Below, piece by piece: positions 18,913 to 29,016 of a stretch of 64,000 nucleotides of DNA. The stretch is from Acutalibacteraceae bacterium. GTDB taxonomy: Bacteria; Bacillota; Clostridia; Oscillospirales; Acutalibacteraceae. A program made the translations under genes and the position numbers. The first letter of the stretch is position 1, and each line of letters starts with the position of its first letter. The notes beneath the pieces were generated by a model. It had not been told where the DNA came from and ran no database searches. It was given only the letters and a program-made list of their open reading frames with translations. Location: positions 3,008 to 67,007 of the forward strand of contig JAZSCO010000006.1 of NCBI GenBank assembly GCA_045602965.1. The letters run 5' to 3'.

Positions 18913-20568
18913 TCAGTCATCGTATTTATCAGACAGTCTTGCTTCCTTAATACCGTTGCGGCGGCAATATTCCTGAGCAAGAGAACCTTCGTTACAGTAA
19001 ACAACAACTTTGTCTTCGCAACCGTCAAAGATGCCCCAGCCCATATCCTTAACGGAGTCGGGGATGATAACGGTGTCAAGGCTTGTGCAGCCTCTGAATG
19101 CGCAGTCGTCAATCTTGATAACGCTGTTGGGAATCTCAATTTCGTCAAGAAGTGTGCAGTTGCAGAATGCACCTTCACCGATTTCGTTAACGCTGTCGGG
19201 CATTGTGATTCTGTTGAGCTTTTTGCTGTCGCAGAATGCCCAGTCGCTGATAACGGTAACGCTGTCGGGAATATCATACTGAACCTCACGGCTGTTTGCG
19301 GGATATGCAATAAGTATTGACTTGTTCTTGTTGAAGAGAACGAAATCGTTACCGTCACGCTTGTTGGGCTCTGACTTGAACTGCATATTCTTGGGGTCAA
19401 CCTTGATTGACTTCATGTTTTCGCAGCCTCTGAAGGGAGCTTCCGAAATGCTTATAACCGATGCGGGGATTTCAACCTTGGTGAGCGATTTGCAATTTTT
19501 GAATGCACTCTTACCGATTTTTCTCAAACCGTAGGGAAGTTCAACCGATGAAAGAGAGATACAGCCGTTGAAAACAAGGTCATCAATCTTTGTAACTGTA
19601 TCAGGAACAGAAATTTTTTCAAGTCCTACGCAGTCGGAGAAAGCATTTTCGCCGATAATTGTAAGATTTGAGGGAAGTTTGATATTCTTAAGGCTCTTGC
19701 AGGAGTTGAAAACGCCGCCATAGAGCTCTGTGAGACCTTCGGGAAGAGTGATATTTTCAAGAACTGCACAGTTTTCAAAAGCTCTTTCGCCGATTTTGAT
19801 GCAGTCATTATCAACTACAAGGGTCTTAAGGCTTACGCAGTCACGGAAAGCACTTTCGCCAACACGCACGGTCTTCTGAGGAATATGCATTGATTTGAGA
19901 TTGCTGCAGCCGCGGAAAGCTTCTGTTTCGATATCTTCAAGGCTTTCGGGAAGAGTGATTGTCTGAAGCTGCTTTCTGTCCTTGAATGCGCCTGCGCAGA
20001 TGATGCGTACGCCTTCGTCAACGTCAATTGTTTTACCGTTGTCTTCGCATTTCTTGAGCTTGCCGTCATCAAGAGTAAGTCTGTCCATAGCTTCTGCAGG
20101 AAGGTCTCTGACCATTGATTTGATAAGCTTATCCATGTTGTCTGCAGTGCTGTGGTGAGTATTTGCAAGAAGAATTTCGAATGCGGGAGGAACAGAGGTA
20201 TCTTCATCGAGATAGATGGGATAAAGTCTCTTGCCGTTTTCGCGTGCAACGATAACTTCCATGCCGCAGAAGGGAGATGACATTGAAGATTCGGATACAA
20301 AAAGGATAACTGCGGAGCAGCCCTCGATTCTCTTGCGAAGTTCATCTCTGAAGTCGTTGCCGTTTTCGCAGGATTCGTCGTACCAGATGCGGTATTTTCT
20401 GTCGTACAGTGCGTCAAGAATGGGATAAACTTTTGCAGTATCTCTGTGAGAATAGCTTACAAAAAGATAGGGTTCACTGCCGGTGTAAGCTTCGAATTTT
20501 GTAAGAATCAAGGGATATTCTTCACCGGTTTTCGGATTAGTCGCTGTCTTTTTTGTCTGATTAGCCAT
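18913..20568 (-). CDS. TIR domain - BspA-type leucine-rich repeat protein
   Basis: PYLFVSYSHRD..IWYD..SSPFCGMEV TIR motifs; more than 10 BspA repeats (I-xx-xAF-xxC-xxL-xxI-x-LP). Confidence 0.9.
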   Translation of the reverse strand: MANQTKKTATNPKTGEEYPLILTKFEAYTGSEPYLFVSYSHRDTAKVYPILDALYDRKYRIWYDESCENGNDFRDELRKRIEGCSAVILFVSESSMSSPFCGMEVIVARENGKRLYPIYLDEDTSVPPAFEILLANTHHSTADNMDKLIKSMVRDLPAEAMDRLTLDDGKLKKCEDNGKTIDVDEGVRIICAGAFKDRKQLQTITLPESLEDIETEAFRGCSNLKSMHIPQKTVRVGESAFRDCVSLKTLVVDNDCIKIGERAFENCAVLENITLPEGLTELYGGVFNSCKSLKNIKLPSNLTIIGENAFSDCVGLEKISVPDTVTKIDDLVFNGCISLSSVELPYGLRKIGKSAFKNCKSLTKVEIPASVISISEAPFRGCENMKSIKVDPKNMQFKSEPNKRDGNDFVLFNKNKSILIAYPANSREVQYDIPDSVTVISDWAFCDSKKLNRITMPDSVNEIGEGAFCNCTLLDEIEIPNSVIKIDDCAFRGCTSLDTVIIPDSVKDMGWGIFDGCEDKVVVYCNEGSLAQEYCRRNGIKEARLSDKYDD

Positions 20569-20585
20569 GGTTGTAGACCTCCTGT

Positions 20586-22502
20586 TTATTTAAGTTTAAT
20601 TATTTTGTATTTTTTGCCGGCAACGTTCCATTTGTCACCGAGTATATCCGGAATTCTGAGAACAAGTTCTTTATCGTAAACCGTTGTGTCTTTTCCTTCA
20701 AGGTCTTCGGATAATTCCTTGAGCTCCTCATATGCACACAGATACGGGTGCATTTTAAGTATCGGACAGTTGTGTCTGCCCTTGCTTATGCCGCTTTCAC
20801 GGTAAGCGTAAACATCTTCCTTCGTGGATTGAGTCCAGCCATCGGAATCGAGGAATGCCATCCATCGGTCATGTTCCGAAACGGAGAGACGTTCGATATA
20901 TTCCTCTGTATAATAATCGTTCATCTTTACGCATTCTGAATCGTCTGCATCTGCGGAATAGTCAAGTCCCATGAGGTTGAGCTTATATCTGATATGCAGT
21001 GCGTTGGCGCGGTTTGAACGTTTATTGACTTCAAAAATGTTGTATCGTTTCAATGCATCCTTGACATCAATTTCTCCGTCGGAGAAGATTTCTTCATATG
21101 CCAGATGAACATTTTTGGCGAGCTTTTCAAGCTCAGAGTCAACGAGAATTTCGTATGAAAAAACTTCTGACAGGCTTCCGAACGGAATCAAGTCATAGCT
21201 CATTTTTCTTTTTGCGTTGGATTCTGCTGTTGTTAAATTTTTGACAATATTAATCTTTGCGGGGTCTTGGATATGGCAGAAAATCGGGGGACAATTCTTG
21301 AAGTCCTTGTCCAGCTTGTAAAACAGGCGTCTGAGAACAAGACCGCTTTTCATTGTTTCGTTATCGGTGTCATCTGCAACGATAATGTAGTTTGCATCTG
21401 CCGCATTCTTGGTTATTGCATCGACCATTTCCTTATCGGTTTTGCAGTCATAAAAACTGATATTATAGCGGTCGGTAAATAAGTTGGGAGCGGAGAGCTT
21501 GAGGTCGTCGATCTTACTGTTTATGTCGATGCCCACAACGGATATTTTCATTCCGAAGCCGTTCAGCTGTCCGCACCAGGCAATCGCCTTGAGGGCAACG
21601 GTTGTCAGCGGAGTCATTCCGTGGAGCAAAACGTGAATATCGGATTCAGTATATTTGAACAGGGGATATTTATCGAGAAGGTTATAAACAAGAGTTTCAT
21701 ATTCATTGATGCAATGAACATCCAGCGAATCCTTATCTGCCGAGTCGATATAAACGGCATAGTCTTCGTGTCTGGAGAATTGATAAATATGAATGTGCTC
21801 CTGCTCCGAATCTTTGAGCTTTGAATATTTTTCTATCAGCTGAAGAGTGTGACTCAGAGAATCATCTTCGTTTTCGGAAATACAGAAGAAATAAACCTCC
21901 TTGTCTTTCCTGCCTTTGATATTCAGCTCTTCGATTTCTTCTTCTTTAAAAATATAACCAAGTTTGTTTTCATTTTCATCGGTTAGAGTATCGTCTGCGC
22001 TGTCTGCAAAAACAATGTCGCACTTCATTCTTTCAAGACTCTTTGCAAGTTGCAGTGAGCGTTTGTTAGCCTCAGAAAAGACAAACACGGGTCTTTTTCT
22101 TGTGTTGGCAATGAACAGCTGCATTGATGAGAAACAGCGGAATAAAACCGTTACCGCTGAAATTGCAGAGAGTGCAGGGAGTGAAATGTGAATTAATCCC
22201 AGTAAAACCATATAGATTTTAGTGAGAACGGGGTGTGGCATTCCCGAACTTATAACATCGTAGAATTCCATGATGTCTGCATCGATTGTCACAACCTGAA
22301 GGATATGAATGAAGTTGCCTACAAGACCTGATACAACGTCATATTTATTAAGGTAAGCGGGTAAATAAGCAATATAGGTTGCGCCGATAAGGCAGAGCAG
22401 AACAAATAAAACCCTTAAAGAACCTTTCCTTTTATCGAAAAAGGCTCGGACACCCAATATAATGAGGGTGAAAGAGATAGCTGCGCATATTATCCAGATC
22501 AT
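20586..22502 (-). CDS. Membrane protein with channel-like N-terminus, RCK/Rossmann-like domains and C-terminal RyR domain
   Basis: 3-4 N-terminal hydrophobic segments; EKLAKNVHLAYE..KRSNRANALHIRYKL..SEHDRWMAF..GW..HPYLCAYEEL matches the RyR repeat. Confidence 0.75.
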   Translation of the reverse strand: MIWIICAAISFTLIILGVRAFFDKRKGSLRVLFVLLCLIGATYIAYLPAYLNKYDVVSGLVGNFIHILQVVTIDADIMEFYDVISSGMPHPVLTKIYMVLLGLIHISLPALSAISAVTVLFRCFSSMQLFIANTRKRPVFVFSEANKRSLQLAKSLERMKCDIVFADSADDTLTDENENKLGYIFKEEEIEELNIKGRKDKEVYFFCISENEDDSLSHTLQLIEKYSKLKDSEQEHIHIYQFSRHEDYAVYIDSADKDSLDVHCINEYETLVYNLLDKYPLFKYTESDIHVLLHGMTPLTTVALKAIAWCGQLNGFGMKISVVGIDINSKIDDLKLSAPNLFTDRYNISFYDCKTDKEMVDAITKNAADANYIIVADDTDNETMKSGLVLRRLFYKLDKDFKNCPPIFCHIQDPAKINIVKNLTTAESNAKRKMSYDLIPFGSLSEVFSYEILVDSELEKLAKNVHLAYEEIFSDGEIDVKDALKRYNIFEVNKRSNRANALHIRYKLNLMGLDYSADADDSECVKMNDYYTEEYIERLSVSEHDRWMAFLDSDGWTQSTKEDVYAYRESGISKGRHNCPILKMHPYLCAYEELKELSEDLEGKDTTVYDKELVLRIPDILGDKWNVAGKKYKIIKLK

Positions 22503-22587
22503 TTGATTACTTCCTTATCATATATCGGGGATAACCCCGACTTTGCGACTGCATTCCGATTGCAGAATGCAGTCGCGTAATCATTAA

Positions 22588-25500
22588 TTAAAGGGGTGGA
22601 TTCTCCTTGAACGGAGTTTTTGTAACGCTTGATTCTTCCGACAAAGGATATTTCTGAGTATAAATAATGAAACCTCTGCCGTATTCGTCATTTCTGAGAA
22701 TGGTTGTTATTTCCTGACGCTTTGCATACTGTTTTTCGTTCATGAGCATCAGATATTGGATTTCAGCCCATTTTGCCATGCCTTCATAGACTTCAAGCAT
22801 ATTCTGCTCTCCGTATTTGTTGGCAAGTTCGGCTTCATTCCAATTGAGATATTGCCATATATGGGTCAGTTCGTGAGCAATTGTTGCTGTTGCGGCGAGT
22901 TTGGGAGAGCCGTTTTCGATATAAAGGCTGTAGCCTGTTTTATCCTTTCGTGCAAATCCGAGAACTCTTCCGTCGAATCCGGGTGTTGCACCGAATTCCA
23001 TTCCTACGTGCTTGGCAATTTGCTTTGCGTTGGTTGTTCTGACCTTAACGGCAACATTGAGTTTGATTCCGTAGAAGGCTTCCATATTTCTCAATACGGT
23101 TTTGTAAAGAGCTTTGAAGTCATCAACCTTTTTGACCGCTGTCATTGAGCAGCGGTTGCAGCGCTCACGTCCGTCTTTGAGGACTTCATATTCGCCGCCG
23201 ACAAGCTCAACGCCACAGAAGTCGCACATATGAGCGCCGTACTTATTCGGGTCATATTCGCTGATTCCTTCCTGAGCCTTTCCTGATGTTTCACGGACTT
23301 GCTGAAGCGGATTCTTATCAAATTCAAGCTCTCTGAGCAATTCGAGAGTGCCGCTTATATCGAGAACTTCATCGAAATCGTCGAAACCGAACTTCAGGAA
23401 GCAGGTATTCTGATATGTAGTTGCCTCTTCTTCCTTGACAACCACAACTCCTGCAAGTTCTTCATCTTCACCGCCGATATCAGATGTTGCTTCGGATTCT
23501 TCTTCTGCATCTTCCGTTGTTTCTTCAGCGTGAACTTCGGATTCTTCGGGATTTACGTTCTTCATAATGCTCAACAAGCTGAACGAGCCTTCGGTATCGT
23601 CAGCCGTTTCATCGGTTGATTCTGCATCCGTATCGAATTCGGAAATATGTGTGGCGTCAGGAATTTCTTCTGCTGTTTCCTCTGTGATATTTTCGGAAAC
23701 TTCTTCTGAAATTTCTTTGTCCGGAATTTCCGGTTCAACCTCTGCAATTTCCTGCGGATTATCTTCTTCGGAAATTTCAGCAGGGATTTCTTCGTTGATT
23801 TCTTCCGGAATCTCTTCTGCGATTTCCTCTGCAGTTTCAGCGGGAGTATCGGCAGTTTCTTCAACTTCGGGTTCAGCTTCGGTTGCTTCCGTTTCCTCAT
23901 CCTTTTTCTTTTTGCCGAACAGCTTGCCGAGAGCTTCCTTGGCGTTATCGATTATGCCCTTGATTCCCTTCTTTTCGGGCTCGGGCTTATCGCCGAAATC
24001 AGGAACGAATTCTTCATCGCTCTCTTCTTTGGGCTCGGCAGGCTTTTCATCCATCTTTTTGGTATGCCAGTCAAGAACATCTGCAATAATTCCGAAATAT
24101 CTGTTGAGATTTCTCTCAACAGAAACTATAAGACCAAGGTCGATGTCGCTGTCTTCAACAATATAGATGCAGTTTTCTTCGTTTTCACCGTCAAGACGGT
24201 AGGTTGCGAAGGCGAGGTTTTCGGATTTGATTTCATCCGAATAAGGCGTCAGAGCCGAAATATAATGATAGGTTTCAGGATAGGTTGTGCGGAAAATTTC
24301 ATTCAGCAGTAAGCAGACAGTGTATCTTATACGGCTTGTGCTGCTTTCGGGAAGTTTGACCTTGAGAACGCTCTTATTGCGATATTTTCTGGTTGGGATT
24401 CCGTTGAGCTCAACCTTCTTTGCCTTTTTAAGGTTGCCGTAGGAGCTCATATCCAGATATCCGTCGGTTTCAACCGTAATATCGGCATATCCGCGAGTAA
24501 TTTCAATGTCGGAGGATGTTCTCTTGCTGCCCATTTCCGTTCCGTCAGCCCAGCTTTCGATTGCAACGCGGCGAATCTGTCTGTAGTAACGGCGGTCGGT
24601 GATATGGTCGGCAGCTCTTCTGACAACAACACCGTTGAGAGGCGTTACCGTCTGAACTTCGTAGTATTTTCCGTCGAATGTCATGAACTGTCCCGGCAAC
24701 ATTGCCTGGAAAACATGACCGTAGAGTTTTGCACCGATGAAGTGGCTTTCGCCCTCTTCGTCTTCGGCGATATAATAAGCGTTTTTAAGGAACTTTGCGT
24801 ATTCAAAGAGCTCGTTGGTTTCGTTGATTTCGTAGTGTTTGATAACAATGCTGTTGAGAGAATCGTTCTGAAGTTCTTCCTTGAATCTGACGCTCAGAGA
24901 AGCATCCTGAACGTTGCAGTGCTTGAATATCAATTCTTTCAATGTTGTGTACGGATCTTCAAACGGAATACCGCACAGCATGAGCTCTTTTGCAATTCTG
25001 TCTTCACTGACCGGTTCGTAAGCCATCATCATGATAAGCTTGAGTATCATGTTGCGTTCGGTTCTTGCGTAATCGGGAACAATGGTGGGAATTGCTTTGG
25101 GGTCTGCCGTGAAGACTTCAACGTTATCGAGCATATAATCTCTCAGGAAATAATTTTCGCTGATAACGTTAACAAAGCCCTGGCTTCTTGATCTTGAAGC
25201 GAATACACGGGTGATTTCAAACAAATTCTGGAATTCGTCTTCAACAACGAGGAAGGAATTGTCTTTTCTTTCAGTGCTCCACAGGTTCGAATAAACATTG
25301 AAAGTACGGTCAAACGAAGCCTGGCTTTCGGGCAAATCTGCATAGCGGCAGATGGTTTTGTGATACTGTCCCGCAATCCATTTCATATCAAGAACGGGAA
25401 ACTTTTCACTGCCGACCCAGCCTGTGTGATCGAGCTTATATTTCATTGCAACCGCATTGATTTCCGTACCCATGCCGAGATATCTGGAAATATTAGGGAA

Positions 25501-26946
25501 GATCTTGTGGTGCATATAGCTTCCGTCGGCATTCCAGTACATATTCGAGTTGTTTCCGCCGCCGTTAACGGTTGCGGTAACTTCGGTTATGCTGGTTTTG
25601 AGCGTATGGGAAAGTGCGTCAACAAGACCGTCACAGTTTCGGTCGCAAGCGCAGAACACGATGTCTTTACCTGTGCCTTCACAGTTGTTAACAAGAAGAC
25701 TAAGACCAATCTGACCGCTGGCAAGGATTCTTGAAGGTTCGACAATCAGAATAAAACCGACCTTTTTCAAGAATTCTTTGTTTGCTCTGTGGATTTTGAG
25801 GTTATGAATATCGCAGAACTTGATAATACCCACATCGGATACGTTTCCGTGCTCATCAAGCACTTGTGATTGCCAGAGACTGTCGGTGTTTGAGAAGTTT
25901 TCAAGACCTGTATCAATCCATTCCTTGACATCGTCAAGAGCAGAATCTCGACCGAGAACAATCAGACACTTTTTATAGCTTATAAGCTGTTTTATCATAG
26001 GAAGTGTTATGTAATGGGTCAGATCGCGGTAGAAAGGATTGCAGAAAAGGGTGCTTTTTCCGTTGAGGAGGCTGACCGTGCTTCTGACATAGTTTATGTC
26101 AATATCGGCACCGCTGTTTTTGAGATTCTGATAATAGGAGCCTATCATTTTCAGCGAAGGGTCATCGCTCTTTGTCATTTCTTCAAGCTCATCGAAGGTT
26201 TCGGAAATGCCGTCGGAAGTGTCGCAGGTATTTTCGTGGAGAACTCTGTCAGTGAAAAGGTCACGAAGGATTTCTCTGAGAATACCGTAGTTTGCGGTTT
26301 TGTATGATTCTTCGTCTTCTCCGAGAACATCTTCAACGAATTCCGTCTTTGTCATGCCCGAAAGGAAATAAACTATTTCGCCAAGGACAAGCAGACCGAA
26401 TACGGGATAGAAATTAGCTTTGAAGAATATGGATTCGGGGTAATTCTGTGAAAGAACGAACACTGCCATTGAAACAATCAGCGACGCAATATAGAAGCCT
26501 TTGACTAAACCTCTGAAGTTTGCAAATTGAGGTCTGAGCAACCATTTGTCAACGTCTTCTTCGCGGTCATAGAACCAGCCGGAAGTATAATCGTTGAGAG
26601 TTGCGGAGGATTTCCAGATTTCGTTGATTATCGGCAGTACAATGCCTTTGACAATGAAAAATCCGACAACCAATGCTGAGTTGAGCACATAGCTTGAGAT
26701 ATTCTGCCACGAGATTCCGACAAGGAAGGAGAAAATTTCTCCGAGCAGACTGAATACCGTGCGAAGAATATCTTCAATAAAGTCAAGCAAAACGACGCCT
26801 GCTATGCAGTATGCGAGCGCAACGACAGGCATGAGGAACTGTCTGGAACGATCAGCTTTGTTTAAATTCGTTTTGAATCCGGCTAAACAAAGTCCGAGGA
26901 AAGGCAGAACTCCCACTAATGTTTTTAAGAAATAAAGAAACTCCAT
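22588..26946 (-). CDS. 1452-aa membrane protein: TM region, degenerate SF2 (MrfA/Hrq1-like) helicase fold, acidic linker, Zn-finger + DA1-like HExxH peptidase
   Basis: About 5 N-terminal TMs; LPGQFMTFDGKYYEV and IYIVEDSDIDLGL resemble the MrfA/DUF1998 region; CDFCG..DGRERCNRC; IAHELTHIWQ..EGMAKW..YGRGF. Confidence 0.65.
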   Translation of the reverse strand: MEFLYFLKTLVGVLPFLGLCLAGFKTNLNKADRSRQFLMPVVALAYCIAGVVLLDFIEDILRTVFSLLGEIFSFLVGISWQNISSYVLNSALVVGFFIVKGIVLPIINEIWKSSATLNDYTSGWFYDREEDVDKWLLRPQFANFRGLVKGFYIASLIVSMAVFVLSQNYPESIFFKANFYPVFGLLVLGEIVYFLSGMTKTEFVEDVLGEDEESYKTANYGILREILRDLFTDRVLHENTCDTSDGISETFDELEEMTKSDDPSLKMIGSYYQNLKNSGADIDINYVRSTVSLLNGKSTLFCNPFYRDLTHYITLPMIKQLISYKKCLIVLGRDSALDDVKEWIDTGLENFSNTDSLWQSQVLDEHGNVSDVGIIKFCDIHNLKIHRANKEFLKKVGFILIVEPSRILASGQIGLSLLVNNCEGTGKDIVFCACDRNCDGLVDALSHTLKTSITEVTATVNGGGNNSNMYWNADGSYMHHKIFPNISRYLGMGTEINAVAMKYKLDHTGWVGSEKFPVLDMKWIAGQYHKTICRYADLPESQASFDRTFNVYSNLWSTERKDNSFLVVEDEFQNLFEITRVFASRSRSQGFVNVISENYFLRDYMLDNVEVFTADPKAIPTIVPDYARTERNMILKLIMMMAYEPVSEDRIAKELMLCGIPFEDPYTTLKELIFKHCNVQDASLSVRFKEELQNDSLNSIVIKHYEINETNELFEYAKFLKNAYYIAEDEEGESHFIGAKLYGHVFQAMLPGQFMTFDGKYYEVQTVTPLNGVVVRRAADHITDRRYYRQIRRVAIESWADGTEMGSKRTSSDIEITRGYADITVETDGYLDMSSYGNLKKAKKVELNGIPTRKYRNKSVLKVKLPESSTSRIRYTVCLLLNEIFRTTYPETYHYISALTPYSDEIKSENLAFATYRLDGENEENCIYIVEDSDIDLGLIVSVERNLNRYFGIIADVLDWHTKKMDEKPAEPKEESDEEFVPDFGDKPEPEKKGIKGIIDNAKEALGKLFGKKKKDEETEATEAEPEVEETADTPAETAEEIAEEIPEEINEEIPAEISEEDNPQEIAEVEPEIPDKEISEEVSENITEETAEEIPDATHISEFDTDAESTDETADDTEGSFSLLSIMKNVNPEESEVHAEETTEDAEEESEATSDIGGEDEELAGVVVVKEEEATTYQNTCFLKFGFDDFDEVLDISGTLELLRELEFDKNPLQQVRETSGKAQEGISEYDPNKYGAHMCDFCGVELVGGEYEVLKDGRERCNRCSMTAVKKVDDFKALYKTVLRNMEAFYGIKLNVAVKVRTTNAKQIAKHVGMEFGATPGFDGRVLGFARKDKTGYSLYIENGSPKLAATATIAHELTHIWQYLNWNEAELANKYGEQNMLEVYEGMAKWAEIQYLMLMNEKQYAKRQEITTILRNDEYGRGFIIYTQKYPLSEESSVTKTPFKENPPL
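23764..23838 (-). repeat. Imperfect 12-bp (4-aa) tandem repeat in acidic linker
   Basis: TAEE-IAEE-IPEE-INEE-IPAE-ISEE. Confidence 0.65.
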
Positions 26947-26948
26947 AG

Positions 26949-28985
26949 TTAAGATTTCGCCTCCTCTTCGTCAAACAAATCCTCGCGTTCAATCCACAGT
27001 TTTTCGATGAATTTATAGGGCGCCGTAACGTAATCACCCGTGGAATTGATGGGGATATCTTTTTCGTCAATGTTTGCAGCGAAATAATATAACGGGTTTT
27101 CTCTGGGAATGATGTCCGGCTTGAAGAATGAGGTTACTGTGGGAATCATTTCGTCGATACGGGTAATGCCGTAAGAGAAAATCCATTCTTCGTCTCTTTC
27201 GATAGCGGAGTGCAGAGCGCGTCTGTGAGAATTGAGAACGCTGTAATTCGAAAGAGCATTCTCCTTGCGGATATTAATTCCGTCAAGTATTGACTGAGCT
27301 TTCATGTAAGTGCAGATATCGGAAAAATATGTTTCGAATTTCGAAGCATAGGCTCTGATATTTCCCACAATGCCTCTCATGAGAGAATTGAAGCTCTTCA
27401 TTACATTAATTATATGTATTCTTTGAAGCAGAAGCGCAGCGAATCCGCCGACTGACGAGAGGATGAGCATGAGAAGGACAAGTCCGATTCCGGCTGTGAA
27501 TGCTTTGTCTGAAATTTCCTGCATTCTGATAAGATAGGGGATATAGCCGGCAAGAATAATCAAAAGAATAATGATTCCGCCGATTATTGCGGTTTTCTTC
27601 CTGAGACGGAAACTGATTTCTCTTCTTACCTTCTTATCGACTTTTGCAATTTCATCATTGATTTTTTTCTTATCAATGAGATTTTCAGCGCCGGAGGAAA
27701 TTATCTTCATTTCCAGTTCGGCCATAATCTCTTTGAGGTCGTCAAGCTGAAATTTATCGAGCTCATAATATTCGCCGACAAAGCTGTCGGTTTTCAGCCT
27801 GAGCATATTGGCTGATTTGTTGATTGCGCGACGGGGCATCTTGAGATAATTGCTGAGATTTATTTTCTTTTCTCTCAGCTGAGAGCTCCAGAATGCATTT
27901 TCGTCGGTGGGGCAGTCTCTGCAAAAGCCGATTTTTTTGAGGTTCATGTACAAGCCTTTTCCTTCGCTCTTTTCAATGACAACGGGAATATTCTGACGGG
28001 TAACGATTTCTTCTTCCTCGTCAAAGCTGTAATCCGGTCTGAGCTTAAGCTGTTCTTTTACGAAAGCATAAGCGGAGGTCATCTTGTTAAGATGCATATT
28101 GACGATTTTCCCGAGTTCTTCCTGAGAAACGTCAATGCGCATTCTGTAAACTCTGTATGCCTGCAGAGTACTTGCTGCTATTTTATTGATGGACAGGGTA
28201 AGAACTGACAGCCAGAATTCTGTTAATTCTCTCTGGTACATTGAATTATCGGTGTTGGCGATATCGTAGAAAAGGAATCTGCAGTTATTGGGATACTTAT
28301 TGCGCTCCCAGAAGGTTGAGCTGGTCATTTCCAGATGGTTTTTCCATGACTCAACAATTCTCGATTTTTCATTATTCTCAACCTTTTTCTTGGTTGACAC
28401 CAGAAGAATCTCTGTTGGACGGATATCGGTGAAAACGTATTTTTCGGAGAGTTCCTCCTGAAGTCTTGCAACTTCGGGATCTTCTGCTTTTTCCATATAA
28501 ACGGAAGTCAGGTTTTCATAATGATCGAGTGATAACTGATGGATTTCTTCATCGGTGAGTTCGGATTCGCGTACGCGGATCTTTTCGCCGCTTTCTTCAT
28601 CAATATATTCAAATGCTTTTTCGAATTCTTTGGTCGGTGCAGACGAATATCCGCCGATTATATGGGTAAGTCTGATAATCGGAACCGGACTTTCGTGCGG
28701 CAGTTCTTCCTGATCATAGCTTGAATAATCAAAGGGGTTATTACGACTCGGGCTGATAACACCTTTGTAATCATAAACTGAATCTGTGTTTAAAATCAAA
28801 GCGCGCCACTCTTTTTTGCCCTTAACAATGTTGTACAGATCCGGCACGGATGAGCGCACATCCGTACCGGACTCATTCCAGTCACAGAACGCAACGGAAC
28901 CGTCATCTATAAAAGGCTTGAACAAAAACTTATGATCTTTCATCAAATCGGAGGAGCGCTTGCTTTGAATGATGACCGTGAACAA
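26949..28985 (-). CDS. Hypothetical 678-aa protein with coiled coil and two TM helices
   Basis: Long ORF with RBS AGGAGGTG; two hydrophobic segments near aa 465-520; 2-nt gap to the next gene. Confidence 0.85.
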   Translation of the reverse strand: MFTVIIQSKRSSDLMKDHKFLFKPFIDDGSVAFCDWNESGTDVRSSVPDLYNIVKGKKEWRALILNTDSVYDYKGVISPSRNNPFDYSSYDQEELPHESPVPIIRLTHIIGGYSSAPTKEFEKAFEYIDEESGEKIRVRESELTDEEIHQLSLDHYENLTSVYMEKAEDPEVARLQEELSEKYVFTDIRPTEILLVSTKKKVENNEKSRIVESWKNHLEMTSSTFWERNKYPNNCRFLFYDIANTDNSMYQRELTEFWLSVLTLSINKIAASTLQAYRVYRMRIDVSQEELGKIVNMHLNKMTSAYAFVKEQLKLRPDYSFDEEEEIVTRQNIPVVIEKSEGKGLYMNLKKIGFCRDCPTDENAFWSSQLREKKINLSNYLKMPRRAINKSANMLRLKTDSFVGEYYELDKFQLDDLKEIMAELEMKIISSGAENLIDKKKINDEIAKVDKKVRREISFRLRKKTAIIGGIIILLIILAGYIPYLIRMQEISDKAFTAGIGLVLLMLILSSVGGFAALLLQRIHIINVMKSFNSLMRGIVGNIRAYASKFETYFSDICTYMKAQSILDGINIRKENALSNYSVLNSHRRALHSAIERDEEWIFSYGITRIDEMIPTVTSFFKPDIIPRENPLYYFAANIDEKDIPINSTGDYVTAPYKFIEKLWIEREDLFDEEEAKS

Positions 28986-29016
28986 ATACCGTCACCTCCT
29001 TATTGAGATGTTGCTT

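Noticed and set aside
18930-20000. Periodic nucleotide similarity suggesting a repeat array or CRISPR
   Set aside because: Explained by ~23-aa BspA LRR coding repeats; no identical repeats with unique spacers and no cas genes.
23567-24166. 199-aa Ser-rich ORF on the + strand
   Set aside because: Antisense shadow of the Glu-rich linker of the 1452-aa gene.
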